A DNA stretch of 20,000 bases from Chiloscyllium plagiosum (Eukaryota). This document shows positions 19,501 through 20,000 of the stretch, piece by piece. Below the pieces are notes generated by a model. It worked only from the letters and a program-made list of their open reading frames with translations, did not search any database and was not told the origin of the DNA. Within the stretch, counting starts at the first letter, position 1, and each line of letters opens with the position of its first letter. The stretch is from contig NC_057718.1 in NCBI RefSeq assembly GCF_004010195.1, positions 6,477,457 to 6,497,456 on the forward strand, read 5' to 3'. Made by a program: the position numbers and the translations under genes.

Positions 19501-19748
19501 ATTACAACTTCCCATCTTGCATTGGGAACAAGAATACAAGGAACAGGCTTGAACAAAGGAGGCATTATCCAGGATACTGACTGGTTGAACCACCAGTGCC
19601 GTGGAGATGTGGGCAGAACAATTAGCTGTCAATCGTAATTCTCAAATTAGGCAGATAAGTTCTGATTGGTCAAGGTATTGCCATGGGGATGCCGCTGAGT
19701 TTGGCAGACTCCATGACCCCATATATTTGAAAACGGTACAATGTACAA

Positions 19749-19859
19749 CAGCCGGTTCTGCTATAACTTGTGTTTCTAGAACACAAATTGGCTAAAACAC
19801 GATTGAAGAATTTGGACCATTATTTGTAGAATGTGAACTTTCCTTACCTGTATTGGCTG
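19749..19859. mobile_element. Possible terminus of a Tc1/mariner (Tigger/pogo-like) non-autonomous DNA transposon
   Basis: CAGCCGGTTCTGCTATAAC start with recurring AACAC/AACGCG-like subterminal motifs and ATTGGCT twice; second TIR and TA duplication not seen. Confidence 0.45.
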
Positions 19860-20000
19860 CGTTTAAACTAAATAGTCGGGGGGAGGGGACAAACTGGAAG
19901 TTTAAGAAGGAAGTTAAAGGGAAAGTTAGAACAAGAGAAGTCAGGAAAGACAACGGAATCAATGGAGCAGAAAACTCAAAAAAGGATCATGCCGTAAGGT

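Noticed and set aside
19615..19695. CTGATTGGTCAAGG..TTGCCATGG as a CCAAT/RFX-like promoter module
   Set aside because: Resembles a dispersed shark repeat from memory; no other promoter evidence.

Overview
Eukaryotic, repeat-dense, non-coding-looking DNA, almost certainly from a cartilaginous fish (shark). It carries HE1-type V-SINEs, a Deu-domain SINE, a second tRNA-derived SINE family, many 5'-truncated CR1-clade LINE pieces, Rex1/Babar and RTE remnants, and a 290-N scaffold gap (10864-11153). No host protein-coding exon could be supported; every recognisable ORF is a retrotransposon relic. The main unexplained structure is a set of short (~120-340 bp) elements from three sequence families. 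They carry minimal type-I hammerhead ribozyme motifs of the Penelope pseudo-LTR kind and are mostly arranged as fold-back palindromes. Two are flanked by ~15-bp target-site duplications, and one retains an intact hammerhead core (9565-9599, minus strand). The window also holds clear local template-switch scars: an inverted 123-bp local copy bracketed by a 16-bp direct repeat, a perfect 26-bp hairpin with a loop copied from 1 kb away, and an exact 40-bp tandem duplication. There is also a three-level nested insertion. Family names come from recalled consensus features, not from a database search.
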